A stretch of 64,000 nt of DNA. It comes from Clostridiales bacterium UBA1742 (GTDB lineage Bacteria > Bacillota > Clostridia > TANB77 > CAG-508). The translations under genes and the position numbers were made by a program. Each line of letters begins with the position of its first letter. Position 1 is the stretch's first letter. A model generated the notes under the pieces. It did not search any database. It saw nothing but the letters and a program-made list of their open reading frames with translations, and was not told the origin of the DNA. Below, piece by piece: positions 30,357 to 40,750 of the stretch. Location: the NCBI GenBank assembly GCA_002314935.1, contig DCHW01000049.1:30-64029 (forward strand), read 5' to 3'.

Positions 30357-31518
30357 ATGAAAAAGAAAATTTTAAGTATAATTATCATTACAATTATTTT
30401 AATTGTAGGTATACTTTTATTAACTGGATGTCGGAAGTAATAATGAAAAGAATACACAAGAAAAAGATAACAATATTAAAAGCGCAGACAATACTTTAAA
30501 TGATACCAATGCAGTTAAATTTACATATATTACATCTAATAATGCTAATACAGTAGCATTAGATTTAGAAGGAAATGTATGGACTATGTATAATGCAAAA
30601 GAACCTACAAAGGTAAATATTGATGCAAAAATTGTATCAATTGATGCAGGACAACATTTTACAGTAGCATTAGATGAAGATGGAAATGTATGGACATGGG
30701 GTAAAAATAATTGTGGTCAACTAGGGGATGGAACAACTACAGAAAATCAAACTCCGCAAAAAGTTTTAGAAAATATCTCAATGATTTCAGTAGGTTATGA
30801 TTGTGTATTAGCAATTACTAAAAATAATGAACTATATTCATGGGGATATGGAAAACAGCATTATCTTCCTAAGGATAATTCAAATGATACAAACGATTAT
30901 TTAGTTCCAACTAAATATGATAGCAATGTAGAATTTGTTTACGCTGAAGCTGGTAAACCTGGAGGAGGAACGGCAATTGACAAAGATGGAAATAGATATG
31001 TATGGGGAGCATATACTTATTTGTTAGGAGTTGAACCTTATCAAATAGGGGAAGAAACAGAAGTAATTCCATTTATAGTAAAAAAAGTTTCAGATGATAC
31101 AATAAAATTCAAAAAAATCTTTCTTTATGCAAATTCAGCTTTTGCAATAGATGAAAATGGTAATTTATATGGAGCAGGAAACAAAAATGCAGTTATTGGT
31201 ATATCTCATGAAAATGAGATTGTACCGAAACTCACTCAAATTGCAGAAGGTACGAAATTTATAGAAGTTTGCACTAGAGATAAATATACTATAGCTCTTG
31301 ATGAAAATGGAAACATTTGGGCCTGGGGAGAAAAAAATGATATAACAACAAAAGAATCTGTAGAGCCTTTTAAATTAACAAGCGATAAAAAATATACTGG
31401 CATAGCTTTTAATAATTTTAGTAGTAAAATTGCATATGCTATAGATGAAAATGGTAATTTGTATGTATGGGGAGAAGAAAAATCTACAGAACCTATGTTG
31501 CTAAAAGTTAATAAATAA
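30357..31518 (+). CDS. RCC1-repeat lipoprotein; needs a +1 shift at 30432
   Basis: ATG 30357 after AAGGAGATG. Signal plus lipobox MKKKILSIIIITIILIVGILLLTGC. RCC1-type repeats (DEDGNVWTWGKNNCGQLGDG). Track ORF 30586..31518 is the downstream frame. Confidence 0.7.
30432..30435 (+). other. candidate +1 recoding site: TGT C GGA
   Basis: The zero frame reads CGG AAG TAA. Skipping C30432 gives LLTGC-GSNNEKNTQEKDNN..., open into ORF 30586. Confidence 0.8.
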
Positions 31519-31566
31519 AAAAATGATTTAAAAAATCATAAAAAAAATTGAAGGAATGATTTTATA

Positions 31567-32446
31567 GTGAATACTCAATATAATAAATTATGTGAATATT
31601 TATTAAGTTTTGCTGAAAATGATGAAATAAAAAATAAAATGAAGCTTATTTTATATGATGGGAAAATAGGAGATTTTTCGGTTGATTCAGGAATAATGAA
31701 GAACAATGAATTAATTGAACAAAAAAAACGTATAGGATATGCATATTTATTAGCAAGTAATCCAAATACTTTTGAAGAATTTTTAAAAAATAATATTAAT
31801 TTATTTCATGGTACAAATTCTAATTCTATATCAAGTATTTTAAAATATGGAATGATGAGCTTGAAAGAACAGGATAAAAATAAAATTACTAATACTACAG
31901 GAGAAAGATGGTCAAGAATTAAAAATCATCCAAGAAGTTTTATTAGTTTAACAGATGATTTGGATTTAGCAATGGATTATTCTACGGGTGGAAAGTTTGA
32001 AGATGGTTCTTTTGAAGTAATAATAGGAATATCAACAAAAGATATACATAATTTAAAGCAAGTTCCATTTCGGAATTTCATCTGATTATCCAGAAATAGG
32101 TATAGAAGATAATATTCCATTAGAATACATAAAAAGTATTTCGGTTCAAGAAGATAAAATTGAATTTATACGTAAAATAGTAGGTGATAGAAATATAATG
32201 GTTTTACCTATTAATATGAATGAAAGGTTTTATTCTATATTTGATTCACAAATATATATTAGTGATGATATGCTTAAACAGTTTAAAAATGTAAAAGAAA
32301 TACCGAAGTTTACTTCTGAAGAGATGATAAATATGTCTACATCAAGAAAATGTAGTAATATTAAAAAAATTTTTTTTGAATTAAAAGATGCTGTTTTACA
32401 TAAAAATAATGAAAGGGAAAAAAATGAATCAAATTCAAGAGATTAA
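31567..32446 (+). CDS. hypothetical protein (weak PARP/ART-like H-Y-E resemblance); needs a +1 shift at 32071
   Basis: GTG start. Track ORFs 31567..32085 and 32198..32446 join as ...KQVPF-GISSDYPEIGIEDNIPLEYIK.... The LFHGTNSNSISSILKYGM and FISLTDDLDLAMDYS segments are only loosely ART-like. Confidence 0.45.
32071..32074 (+). other. candidate +1 recoding site: TTT C GGA
   Basis: The zero frame stops at 32083-32085. The shifted frame is open for 125 further codons. Confidence 0.7.
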
Positions 32447-32903
32447 TGATATCTGCAAAGAAGTTCTTGTTATATTAGCTTTTTTTGAAAATGATGTTAT
32501 AAAAAAAATACCGAACAAAATATTGATAGAATTAAATAATTTAGCTGCTGAATCTCAAATAGAGTGTTATATTGATCAGGAAAAAGATTTATTAAATCAA
32601 AATATTTCTGAGAGAAGCAAAGATTTAATTGCATTATTGTATTATAGTTATATAGCTAATGAAAGTGAAAAAAATAAAATACTACAAAAATGGGAAACAA
32701 ACGAAATAGAATATTATAAAGAATTAGATAAAAAATATAATTCTAAATCAATGTTTTTTAAAGTGACAGAATTTAATAATACAAACAAAAAAAACGATAT
32801 CAAAAATAATACAAGTATGGAGCTAATAGAACATAAGAAAACTTATTGGACAAAATTTAAAAATTTTATATTTAAATTATTATATAAAAACAAGAATTTA
32901 TAA
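32424..32903 (+). CDS. hypothetical protein
   Basis: ATG 32424 after AAGGGAAAAAA (inside track ORF 32388..32903). Overlaps the end of the preceding gene by 23 nt. Confidence 0.45.
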   Translation: MNQIQEINDICKEVLVILAFFENDVIKKIPNKILIELNNLAAESQIECYIDQEKDLLNQNISERSKDLIALLYYSYIANESEKNKILQKWETNEIEYYKELDKKYNSKSMFFKVTEFNNTNKKNDIKNNTSMELIEHKKTYWTKFKNFIFKLLYKNKNL

Positions 32904-32935
32904 AAAGTTATTTTATATAAGAGTGGGAGAAAAAT

Positions 32936-33244
32936 ATGAATAAAAAAATAAAATTAATTAAAACTATTCTTTTAGGTGTTATAAAAATTTTTGTAATACA
33001 AATATTTTTTTTGATGGCATACATAGATGATTATATGCCTCCTTTGCCACGTATTGAAAAAATATTAATATCACTAACTGGATTAGGTATTTCATTTTTG
33101 TTAGATATTATAGTAAATTATATTACCTATAGGGTTTTGAGAAAAAAAGACATTAATATAAAATTTATGAGTTTTTTAATAATAGATTTAATTATAACAG
33201 GTATATTTTTTGCTTTTTGTATAATTCTTATGAATATGAATTAG
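32936..33244 (+). CDS. small membrane protein
   Basis: 102 aa with three TM helices. RBS GGGAGAAAAA. Confidence 0.45.
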   Translation: MNKKIKLIKTILLGVIKIFVIQIFFLMAYIDDYMPPLPRIEKILISLTGLGISFLLDIIVNYITYRVLRKKDINIKFMSFLIIDLIITGIFFAFCIILMNMN

Positions 33245-33415
33245 AAAAAAAGAAATAAAAGAATATATGGGAGAAAGAATGAAAAATATTTTCCAAACAA
33301 TGAAATAAAATATATTGTATAAAAATTTAAATTTTATAAAAAAAATACTAGATTTTTTTAATATCTATATATAATAGTATTGAATTATAAAATAAATAAA
33401 AAAGGAGAAATAAAA

Positions 33416-36079
33416 ATGAAAAAGAAAAAATTAATAATTATATTAGTACTATTAATAATTTTAACTGCAATAGGAATTTATGGATATATTAATACCTCTA
33501 ATGTTAATGAGCTTGCAGATAAAGTAATATTTGGAACTATTTATACAGGGGATGATAACTTAAAAGAAGCAAATGCAGTAGCAATAAAAGGAGACACTAT
33601 TGTTTATGTTGGAAATGAAAACGATGTAAAAAAATATATTGGTAAAAAAACAGAAGTTACTGAATTTAAAAATGGTGAATTAATTACATCAGCTTTTGTA
33701 GATGGACATACTCATTCAACAGAATATGTTATTGCAGCAAATGCAAATTTATGTACAATTGAAGATGGAGCTACAAAAGAAGAATGTGTTGAAACTATAA
33801 AAAAATATATTGAAGAAAATCCGGATTTAGATTTTATAATAGCAAATGGATGGAACAATAGTGCTTTTGGTGAACTTGGTCCAACTGCTGATTTATTAGA
33901 TTCAATAGATACAGACAAACCAATTCTTGCATCTTCAAGCGATGGTCATAGTTATTGGGTAAATACAAAATTAATAAATATGGCAAATGTTACTAAAGAT
34001 ACAGAAGATCCAGAAGGCGGCGTAATTATAAGATACAAAGATGGAACTCCTTCAGGATGTTTTAAAGATACTGCAGAATATATTATTGATAAAGTTAAAC
34101 CTAATAAAACAGAAGAAACATATAAAAGTGGAATAGCTGCTGCAGATACTTTTAATATAAATCAAGGATATTTAATAAGGTTTCAAGCAGGAGATAATGA
34201 ACAATATGATTTAACTAAAGCACCAGTAATAGAATATTCGGAAGAAATGGATAAAGCTGGTGAATTAAGCACATACACGCAAGCATCTTTTATAATTAAT
34301 AATTATGATAATGCAGTAAAAATGGTAGACAAAGCAATTGAATATAGAAATTTGACTAAAGGTGGAAATTTTGAAGTAAATACAATAAAAATATTTTTAG
34401 ATGGTATTGTTGAAAATGAAGGTGCATATTTGTCAGATGCTTATTCAAACAATTCTAAAAATTATGGAAGTCCAAGATGGGAAGGCGAAGAATCAATTAA
34501 AAGAATGTCAGAAGTTATTGCAAAAGCAAATGAAAATGGTATGACGGTTCATTTTCATGCTATGGGAGATCAAGCAACTAATGATGCATTAAAAGCAATA
34601 GAAATGGCAGCTGAAAAAATAGGAATTGAAAAAGTAAAAGAAGCAAGAAATGCATTTGTTCATCTTGCATTAGTTAAAGATGAAGATTATGAAAAAATGG
34701 CAAAATATAATGTTATAGCTGTTCTTAATCCATGGGGAGTTAAAGATCCAAGTTATTATGCTGATCAAGTTTCTTTTTTGGGTGAAGAAAGAGCTGCAAA
34801 ACAATATCCTTATAAAAGCTTTATTAAAAATGGTATAAATATTTCTTTTGGTACTGATTTTGGTGCTTCATTCACTTATAATAGTATTGAATGTTTTCAT
34901 GTTTTAACAACAAGAGCAAGTATAAATGATGATCCAGAAACTATATTAAATGCAGATGAAAAATTAACTAGAGAGCAAGCTTTAAACGCAATGACAAAAG
35001 GTGGAGCGTACCAACTAAAAAAAGAAAATGAATTTGGTACAATTACAGTTGGAAAACAAGCTAATATAGTTGTTTTAAGCCAAAATTTATTAACAATACC
35101 TGATGATGAAATAATGAATACAGAAATAATTAACACAATGTATAAAGGAAAATGGAATAAACAAAAAGAAGAAGTACAAGAGAAAAATAATTCACTACCT
35201 ATGGAAATTTCTCAAGAAGATTGGGAAAGCTCTAAAAAGTTTGTAGATTTATCAACTGGTATAACTATGGCATATGTTGAAATGGGAAATCCTGATGGAC
35301 AACCAATTATTTTACAACATGGCATGACAGATAATTCTAGATCATGGAGTTTAGCAGCATCTTATTTTACAGAAGCAGGATATCATGTATATTTGCCTGA
35401 TTTAAGAGGAATGGGAAAAACTGATGCCCCTGATGGATATTATACACCAATTACTTATGCTACTGATTTAGAAGCTTTCTTTGATGCAATGGGTATAGAG
35501 AAAGCAATATTAGTTGGGCATTCTTTGGGAAGCTTTACAGTTCAAAATTTTTCAATAATGTTTCCAGAAAGATGTGAAAAAATTGTACTAGTAAGCTCTA
35601 TACCACAAAAAAATTATCAAAATGAAGCATTACTTGCTGCGTATAAAAAATATATTGAACCATTGAATGATGATGAACATCCTTCAGATGCTTTTATGGA
35701 TTCATGGTATGCTACAAACTTAAAAGAAGATGAATTTCAAGAAGTGTTTGACACATTTTTAGCAAACATGAAAAAAGAAGCACAAAGTTTATCAGCTAAG
35801 GCATGGAAAAATATATTTCTTGGCATGATGGCTGGAAATATTGAGACTTTATATTCACAAATTGATACAACAATTCCAGTTCTTGTGTTACATGGAGATG
35901 ATGACACAATGACAATTACGCAGTATCAAAAAGAACTATGTACAATATTTAATGTAAATGAAAATAGCTATAGAAATTATGAAGGAATAGGGCATAATAT
36001 CCAATTTGAAATTCCTAAAAAATGTGCAAATGATATAATCACATGGATTGAAAATGGAGAATTACCAATTAATAACTAA
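33416..36079 (+). CDS. membrane-anchored amidohydrolase (YtcJ-like) fused to a C-terminal alpha/beta hydrolase
   Basis: ATG 33416 after AAAGGAG. N-terminal anchor. Metal-binding FVDGHTHS and HFHAMGD motifs. The C-terminal about 290 aa carry GHSLGS nucleophile-elbow and HG..D...T features. Confidence 0.7.
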   Translation: MKKKKLIIILVLLIILTAIGIYGYINTSNVNELADKVIFGTIYTGDDNLKEANAVAIKGDTIVYVGNENDVKKYIGKKTEVTEFKNGELITSAFVDGHTHSTEYVIAANANLCTIEDGATKEECVETIKKYIEENPDLDFIIANGWNNSAFGELGPTADLLDSIDTDKPILASSSDGHSYWVNTKLINMANVTKDTEDPEGGVIIRYKDGTPSGCFKDTAEYIIDKVKPNKTEETYKSGIAAADTFNINQGYLIRFQAGDNEQYDLTKAPVIEYSEEMDKAGELSTYTQASFIINNYDNAVKMVDKAIEYRNLTKGGNFEVNTIKIFLDGIVENEGAYLSDAYSNNSKNYGSPRWEGEESIKRMSEVIAKANENGMTVHFHAMGDQATNDALKAIEMAAEKIGIEKVKEARNAFVHLALVKDEDYEKMAKYNVIAVLNPWGVKDPSYYADQVSFLGEERAAKQYPYKSFIKNGINISFGTDFGASFTYNSIECFHVLTTRASINDDPETILNADEKLTREQALNAMTKGGAYQLKKENEFGTITVGKQANIVVLSQNLLTIPDDEIMNTEIINTMYKGKWNKQKEEVQEKNNSLPMEISQEDWESSKKFVDLSTGITMAYVEMGNPDGQPIILQHGMTDNSRSWSLAASYFTEAGYHVYLPDLRGMGKTDAPDGYYTPITYATDLEAFFDAMGIEKAILVGHSLGSFTVQNFSIMFPERCEKIVLVSSIPQKNYQNEALLAAYKKYIEPLNDDEHPSDAFMDSWYATNLKEDEFQEVFDTFLANMKKEAQSLSAKAWKNIFLGMMAGNIETLYSQIDTTIPVLVLHGDDDTMTITQYQKELCTIFNVNENSYRNYEGIGHNIQFEIPKKCANDIITWIENGELPINN

Positions 36080-36142
36080 TTATAATTATAGAAACCAACA
36101 TTCTTTCTTATAATATTTATTATTTATACAATTAGAAATTAA

Positions 36143-36382
36143 ATAGGTAATAAATTAATATACAAAAGTGAAACTCTTTGTAATAACTTTTATTTAGACG
36201 TAGAAATTATAGATGTTGATAAAGATCAAAATGAAGAATTGTTAATTAAAAGTATAGAATCTTCTCATACAAGTATTAATAATAATATTAATAATAAAAT
36301 TTTAAAAGTTCAAGATAACGAAACAAAGATTTATAGTGAGGAAGAATTTTATAAGTTAGACTTCAATGTACAAAACTTGTAG
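36143..36382 (+). pseudogene. 3' gene remnant without a start codon
   Basis: Open frame ...LDVEIIDVDKDQNEELLIKSIESSH...KLDFNVQNL* bounded upstream by a stop at 36140-36142. Followed by the cassette-type terminator at 36418. Confidence 0.3.
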
Positions 36383-36417
36383 AAAAAATTATATATTATT
36401 TCAAATATAGAAATATA

Positions 36418-36446
36418 AGATTAGATTGAAAATCTAGTCTTTTTTA
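36418..36446 (+). terminator. cassette-end terminator (agattag family)
   Basis: agattagat pairs with atctagtct plus a T-run. The same stem sequence recurs at 28321, 40714 and 44933. Confidence 0.55.
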
Positions 36447-36741
36447 TTTTAGGGTAAAATGCATGGCAGAATAGAGGAAGAAGATCATTTTTATATGAAG
36501 AGATAAAAGATAATTAATAGACTAAAAAATGTTAATTAATGAAATTTAAAAGTTTTAGATTTTATTTTTGTTCTTAACTCAAAAACCGAACATTTGTTAT
36601 TTGCAAAATTATTATATAAATTTATAAATAATTTTTATAATCTTATAATTTGATTTTATATTTATTAATTTTTAAGGCATTTTTAAAAATTAGGCATATA
36701 AGACCTGACCCATTAATGCAATCAAAGATTGCAAATGGGTA

Positions 36742-36868
36742 CCCCAAAAGCCACTTTTTGATATAGATGATAAATTTTATAAAAATTGTAGTTTTAATTA
36801 TAAAGAAATGATATAATATTAATAGTGTTTTATTGAGAGGTAATTAATATATCAATAGAAAAACAAAA
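36742..36868 (+). repeat. junction-repeat 3' end (copy A) plus a decayed stub of the 46062 antitoxin cassette
   Basis: ccccaaaagccactttttgatatagatgataaatttt matches the 3' end of the 138-bp repeat. 36774-36868 matches 45988-46083, with the RBS GGGAGG changed to GAGAGG and the ATG changed to ATA. Confidence 0.7.
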
Positions 36869-36925
36869 ATTCTTGAATATATTAATTTACAAATGATATA
36901 TTTAAAAATTGTATGGAGGTATTTT

Positions 36926-37540
36926 ATGAACGATGAATTAAAGAAATTAGTAGGAGATAATGAGAAAATTTTATATGAAGGTAAACCTAACAAAAAATGT
37001 TTTGTTTTTGAAAGCATTTTTAATCCATTATTACCATTTGCTGTACTATGGGCAATAATTGATTTTGGAATTTTGGGAGTATCTATTTTTTCATCTGATG
37101 TTCCAAATGAAATGTTATTTTTTATTATTCCATTTATGTTGTTACATTTAATGCCAGTATGGTTATATTTAGGTGGAATCCTTTTAACATTTAAACGTTA
37201 CAGAAATACATATTATATTGTAACAGACAATGCTATATATGTATCTGGAGGAACATTTAGTAAAACATTTAATTCAAAACCATTTGCAGAATTATCACAT
37301 ATAGATTTGCATAGAGGAATATTTGACCAAATGTTTAATGTTGGAGATATAATATCAACGTCAAGTCAATTTTCAAACAATAATACTAATGCTTCTATTT
37401 CAATAAATAGCATTTCTGACTATATGGCTGTTTATAATTTAGTAAAAAAATTGCAAAAAGATATATATACCGATGTTATGTACCCAAATGATAAAAGACC
37501 TAGTGAAAATCATGGGTATAATACAGAATATAAAGGTTAA
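36926..37540 (+). CDS. membrane protein with bacterial PH (YdbS/YdbT-like) domain
   Basis: ATG 36926 after TGGAGGT. Two TM helices followed by a YYIVTDNAIYVSGG-type bPH segment. Confidence 0.5.
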   Translation: MNDELKKLVGDNEKILYEGKPNKKCFVFESIFNPLLPFAVLWAIIDFGILGVSIFSSDVPNEMLFFIIPFMLLHLMPVWLYLGGILLTFKRYRNTYYIVTDNAIYVSGGTFSKTFNSKPFAELSHIDLHRGIFDQMFNVGDIISTSSQFSNNNTNASISINSISDYMAVYNLVKKLQKDIYTDVMYPNDKRPSENHGYNTEYKG

Positions 37541-37965
37541 ATATTATATTAAAGAAAAATAGTAAATAAAGTTATTTTAAATTTTTATAATATAAAATAA
37601 ATTAAAAATACAAAATTAGAATTTATATAATTTTAGTTTTGTATTTTTTTCTAAAATCGTTTTTATTTGATTTATTAAAATAAATTTTAAAGCTTTAAAT
37701 TTATTTAGTAATAATTATATATGAATTAAAATTTTATATATTTATATAAAGATATGCTGATTAATGATAGTCAGTAACAATTGCCAGTAAATTTTTTATT
37801 TCATAAAAAATTTCCAGACTGCGTTGAATTTCGAAAAATTAAAGTAATATAAGTTGTTGCATGAAGTATGATAAAAGAATATATAAAGCCTTATGTAAGA
37901 GGGCTTTCAAGCACCGAGAGATGACTCCAAAGAGGGGTTCTATTATTTTGCTCCTATTCATTTTT

Positions 37966-38103
37966 GCACAAAACTTTGATAGCAGACACCAGTATTTTAA
38001 AAGATATTCAAATTGTACAAGCCACTAATATCAATGCTTACAAAAATTCTATGTTGCTTTATTACCCCAAAAACCACTTTTTGATATAGATGATAAAAAT
38101 TTT
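37966..38103 (+). repeat. 138-bp cassette junction repeat, copy B
   Basis: gcacaaaactttgatagcagacaccag...ccccaaaaaccactttttgatatagatgataaaaatttt. Preceded by the variant-1 upstream module (about 37878-37965). Confidence 0.85.
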
Positions 38104-38207
38104 TTAAATTTGTAATGAAAATGTAATATTAAAATTATTGTAAAATATAAAAATTAAATATATAATATAGTAAATTTAATAAGTTAAATATTTAGAGGTA
38201 TTAAAAT

Positions 38208-39815
38208 ATGAAAACAAAAACAAGATTTTTAATTATTATGGTTATAACTTTAATTTTAATAATGATATTTAACCTAAAGGTTTATGCAGCTGATGAAGCG
38301 TTTACTTTAGAAGAAACTAATGTAGAGGTTAAGCTAAATGGTACAAAATGGCTATCATATAGTGGAGGAAGCGGAGCAATTACTTGGTCAAGTAGTGATA
38401 CAAGTGTAGCAACAGTAGAAAATGGAACCGTTAGTGGTAAAAAAATAGGAACAACTACTATTACAGCAACTAGAGGAGAAGAAACAGCAATTTGTAATGT
38501 AAATGTCGTGTATTATGATTTAACTATAGGTGGGAATGCTAGTAAAAATGTTTCGAGAGTAAATTTAGTATTAAACGAACATGATACTGAAAATTTATAT
38601 GCAAATGTCAAAGATGATAAATATGAAGCAGTAGAGAATGCTAACGTATCATGGTCAAGTAGTGATACAAGCATCGTAACAGTAGACAATAAAGGAACAA
38701 TAAAAGGATTAAAAGCTGGAACTACAACAGTTACTGCAACAGCAGCTGGAGTTACAGATTCTTGCGAAATAAAAGTAGTAAATGGACCAGCATTTACAAA
38801 CTTTTCTAATGCTAAATATGAATTACTTTTTGATACAGATGTAGACTTAAAAATAACAGGAGTTAAAGGAAATGATAAAAATAACTATTATTATATTATA
38901 ACTTCTGATAAAAATAAACCAACATTATGTAAGACAAATTATGGTGGATTAGATACAGAAACAACTGCCAATACAAAATATTTAATTACTAATACTGAAG
39001 AAGATTATATATATGCTAGGAATTTAGATGAATATGTTGAACGCAATCAAGATTTATATTTATGGATAATTGAAGATGTTAAACTTGAAGAATCATATTC
39101 GACAACTGAAGAAAATACCTATATATCACATTCTACAAAATTTGTAGTTGAAGGAGAAAAATTAAAAAGACCTGAATTACCACAATTAAATTTAATAATG
39201 AAATCATTATCAATATGGGGTGGCGTTGGTCGCAGTGGTGAAGAATCAAGTTATCTTCATTTTAGATTTCCATCAGGTACAGATAATAGAAAATTCAAAT
39301 TAAAAATAGGTAAAATTACAGATGATTCAATATTACAGAAAATACAAAATAACGATTATTCAGGTATAACAGCATTACTATCATATGCAAAAAATAATAT
39401 GGCAGTATATACAGCTGATTTAACAACAACAAGCCAAAACTACTATAGTAAAGAGACAGCATTATTTGATGGACTAAAAACATTAGAAAATAAAGCGTAT
39501 TATTACATATATGTCCAATTTGATGATGAAAATGGTAAATATTATCCAATTGAAGGTGTAACTTTAGGACAAGCTTGGATAAGCAGTTCAAGTGCATATT
39601 GGGATTTATGGGCATATACTTCTGACAATTTTGAATGGAATAATTTATCTAGTACACCTATAGAAACAGGTGAAACAGAGGAACCAGATGATACAAAAGC
39701 CCCTGATAAATTACCTAAAGCTGGTACTGTATATAGTATAGTTTGTGTAATATTAGCTTTAGTTGGTGGCAGTATATTTGTATATCGTAAATATAATAAT
39801 TTAAGAGGAATTTAA
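38208..39815 (+). CDS. cell-wall-anchored surface protein with Big_2 domains (LPxTG-type sorting signal)
   Basis: Signal peptide. Two Big_2 repeats (ITWSSSDTSVATVENGTVSGKKIGTTTITAT). C-terminal LPKAG plus hydrophobic helix plus RKYNNLRG tail. Confidence 0.75.
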   Translation: MKTKTRFLIIMVITLILIMIFNLKVYAADEAFTLEETNVEVKLNGTKWLSYSGGSGAITWSSSDTSVATVENGTVSGKKIGTTTITATRGEETAICNVNVVYYDLTIGGNASKNVSRVNLVLNEHDTENLYANVKDDKYEAVENANVSWSSSDTSIVTVDNKGTIKGLKAGTTTVTATAAGVTDSCEIKVVNGPAFTNFSNAKYELLFDTDVDLKITGVKGNDKNNYYYIITSDKNKPTLCKTNYGGLDTETTANTKYLITNTEEDYIYARNLDEYVERNQDLYLWIIEDVKLEESYSTTEENTYISHSTKFVVEGEKLKRPELPQLNLIMKSLSIWGGVGRSGEESSYLHFRFPSGTDNRKFKLKIGKITDDSILQKIQNNDYSGITALLSYAKNNMAVYTADLTTTSQNYYSKETALFDGLKTLENKAYYYIYVQFDDENGKYYPIEGVTLGQAWISSSSAYWDLWAYTSDNFEWNNLSSTPIETGETEEPDDTKAPDKLPKAGTVYSIVCVILALVGGSIFVYRKYNNLRGI

Positions 39816-39819
39816 AAAT

Positions 39820-39856
39820 AAGAGGAATGTTGTAAAATATATTCCTCTTATTTTTT
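39820..39856 (+). terminator. rho-independent terminator
   Basis: aagaggaat (39820-39828) pairs with attcctctt (39841-49), followed by a T-run. Confidence 0.65.
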
Positions 39857-39926
39857 ATAGGAAGATTGATTTTGAATATAGAGGAATATGCAAAGTAAAA
39901 TAATTATATAATAAGCAAGCTCTTTA

Positions 39927-40064
39927 TGCACAAAACTTTGATAGCAGACACCAGTATTTTTAAAGATATTCACATTGTACAAGCCACTAATATAAATACT
40001 TACAAAAATTCCATATTGCTTTATTACCCCAAAAGCCACTTTTAGATATATATGATAAAAATTT
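39927..40064 (+). repeat. 138-bp cassette junction repeat, copy C
   Basis: Same length as and collinear with copies B, E and F. Lacks the upstream module. Confidence 0.85.
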
Positions 40065-40141
40065 TATAATATTATATAAAACTATTAACGCACCAGAAAA
40101 ATATATATGTGGATATTTTAAATAAATGTTTTTCAAAATAA

Positions 40142-40170
40142 TGGAAATCATATAAAATATATGGTATACT
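40142..40170 (+). promoter_or_regulatory. candidate extended -10 promoter of the TA cassette
   Basis: TGgTATACT at 40162-40170, with a weak -35 TGGAAA at 40142-40147. An identical element lies upstream of the second copy (about 43685). Confidence 0.35.
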
Positions 40171-40202
40171 AATTATAATAATTTTAAAGGAGATTTTATA
40201 TT

Positions 40203-40379
40203 ATGAGTGATAAACAATTAATTTTAAATACAGTTCAAAGTATTGAAGATACAAAAAGTTATGAAGAAATTCTATATACTTTATTTATGCAATTAGAAAT
40301 TCAAAAGGGTATTACTGATATGGAAAATGGTAATGTAAAAACAAGTGATGAATTAAAGGAGATTATTAATAAATGGTAA
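40203..40379 (+). CDS. type II antitoxin (ParD/RelB-like), 58 aa
   Basis: ATG after AAAGGAG. Its stop overlaps the toxin start (ATGGTAA). Below the track cutoff. Confidence 0.6.
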   Translation: MSDKQLILNTVQSIEDTKSYEEILYTLFMQLEIQKGITDMENGNVKTSDELKEIINKW

Positions 40380-40684
40380 GATGGACTGATAATTCAATTT
40401 CTAATATTACAGATTTTATTGATTCTGCTAAAGAAGGAACAGAAAATACTGCAAAAGCATATATGAATAAATTAATAGACTATGTAGATATACTAAATAC
40501 AATGCCAGAATTGGGCAAGGTAGTTGAAAATTATATATTTAAATATAAAATTAGACAGATTGTTTATAAAAGCCACAAAGTTATATATCATAAAAAAGAT
40601 AATGATATAATTATTTTAACTGTTTTACATTCAAAAATGGATTACAATGCAGCATTAAACCGATTAAAGAAAATTATAAAATAA
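40373..40684 (+). CDS. type II toxin, RelE/ParE family
   Basis: 103 aa. IRQIVYKSHKVIYHKKDNDIIILTVLHSKMD is a typical ParE/RelE C-terminal fold signature. Confidence 0.7.
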   Translation: MVRWTDNSISNITDFIDSAKEGTENTAKAYMNKLIDYVDILNTMPELGKVVENYIFKYKIRQIVYKSHKVIYHKKDNDIIILTVLHSKMDYNAALNRLKKIIK

Positions 40685-40713
40685 GAAAGCAATAATAAAA
40701 GAATAATCCATTA

Positions 40714-40750
40714 AAAGATTAGGTTGAAATATATCTAATCTTTTATTTTA
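40714..40750 (+). terminator. cassette-end terminator (agattag family)
   Basis: aaagattag (40714-22) pairs with ctaatcttt (40735-43) plus a T-rich tail. Confidence 0.55.

Noticed and set aside
39848-40039. 63-aa minus-strand ORF as an independent gene
   Set aside because: It is the minus-strand frame of junction-repeat copy C read through into unrelated AT-rich DNA, with a GTG 'start' and no RBS. It is reported instead as the coding-like footprint of the repeat.
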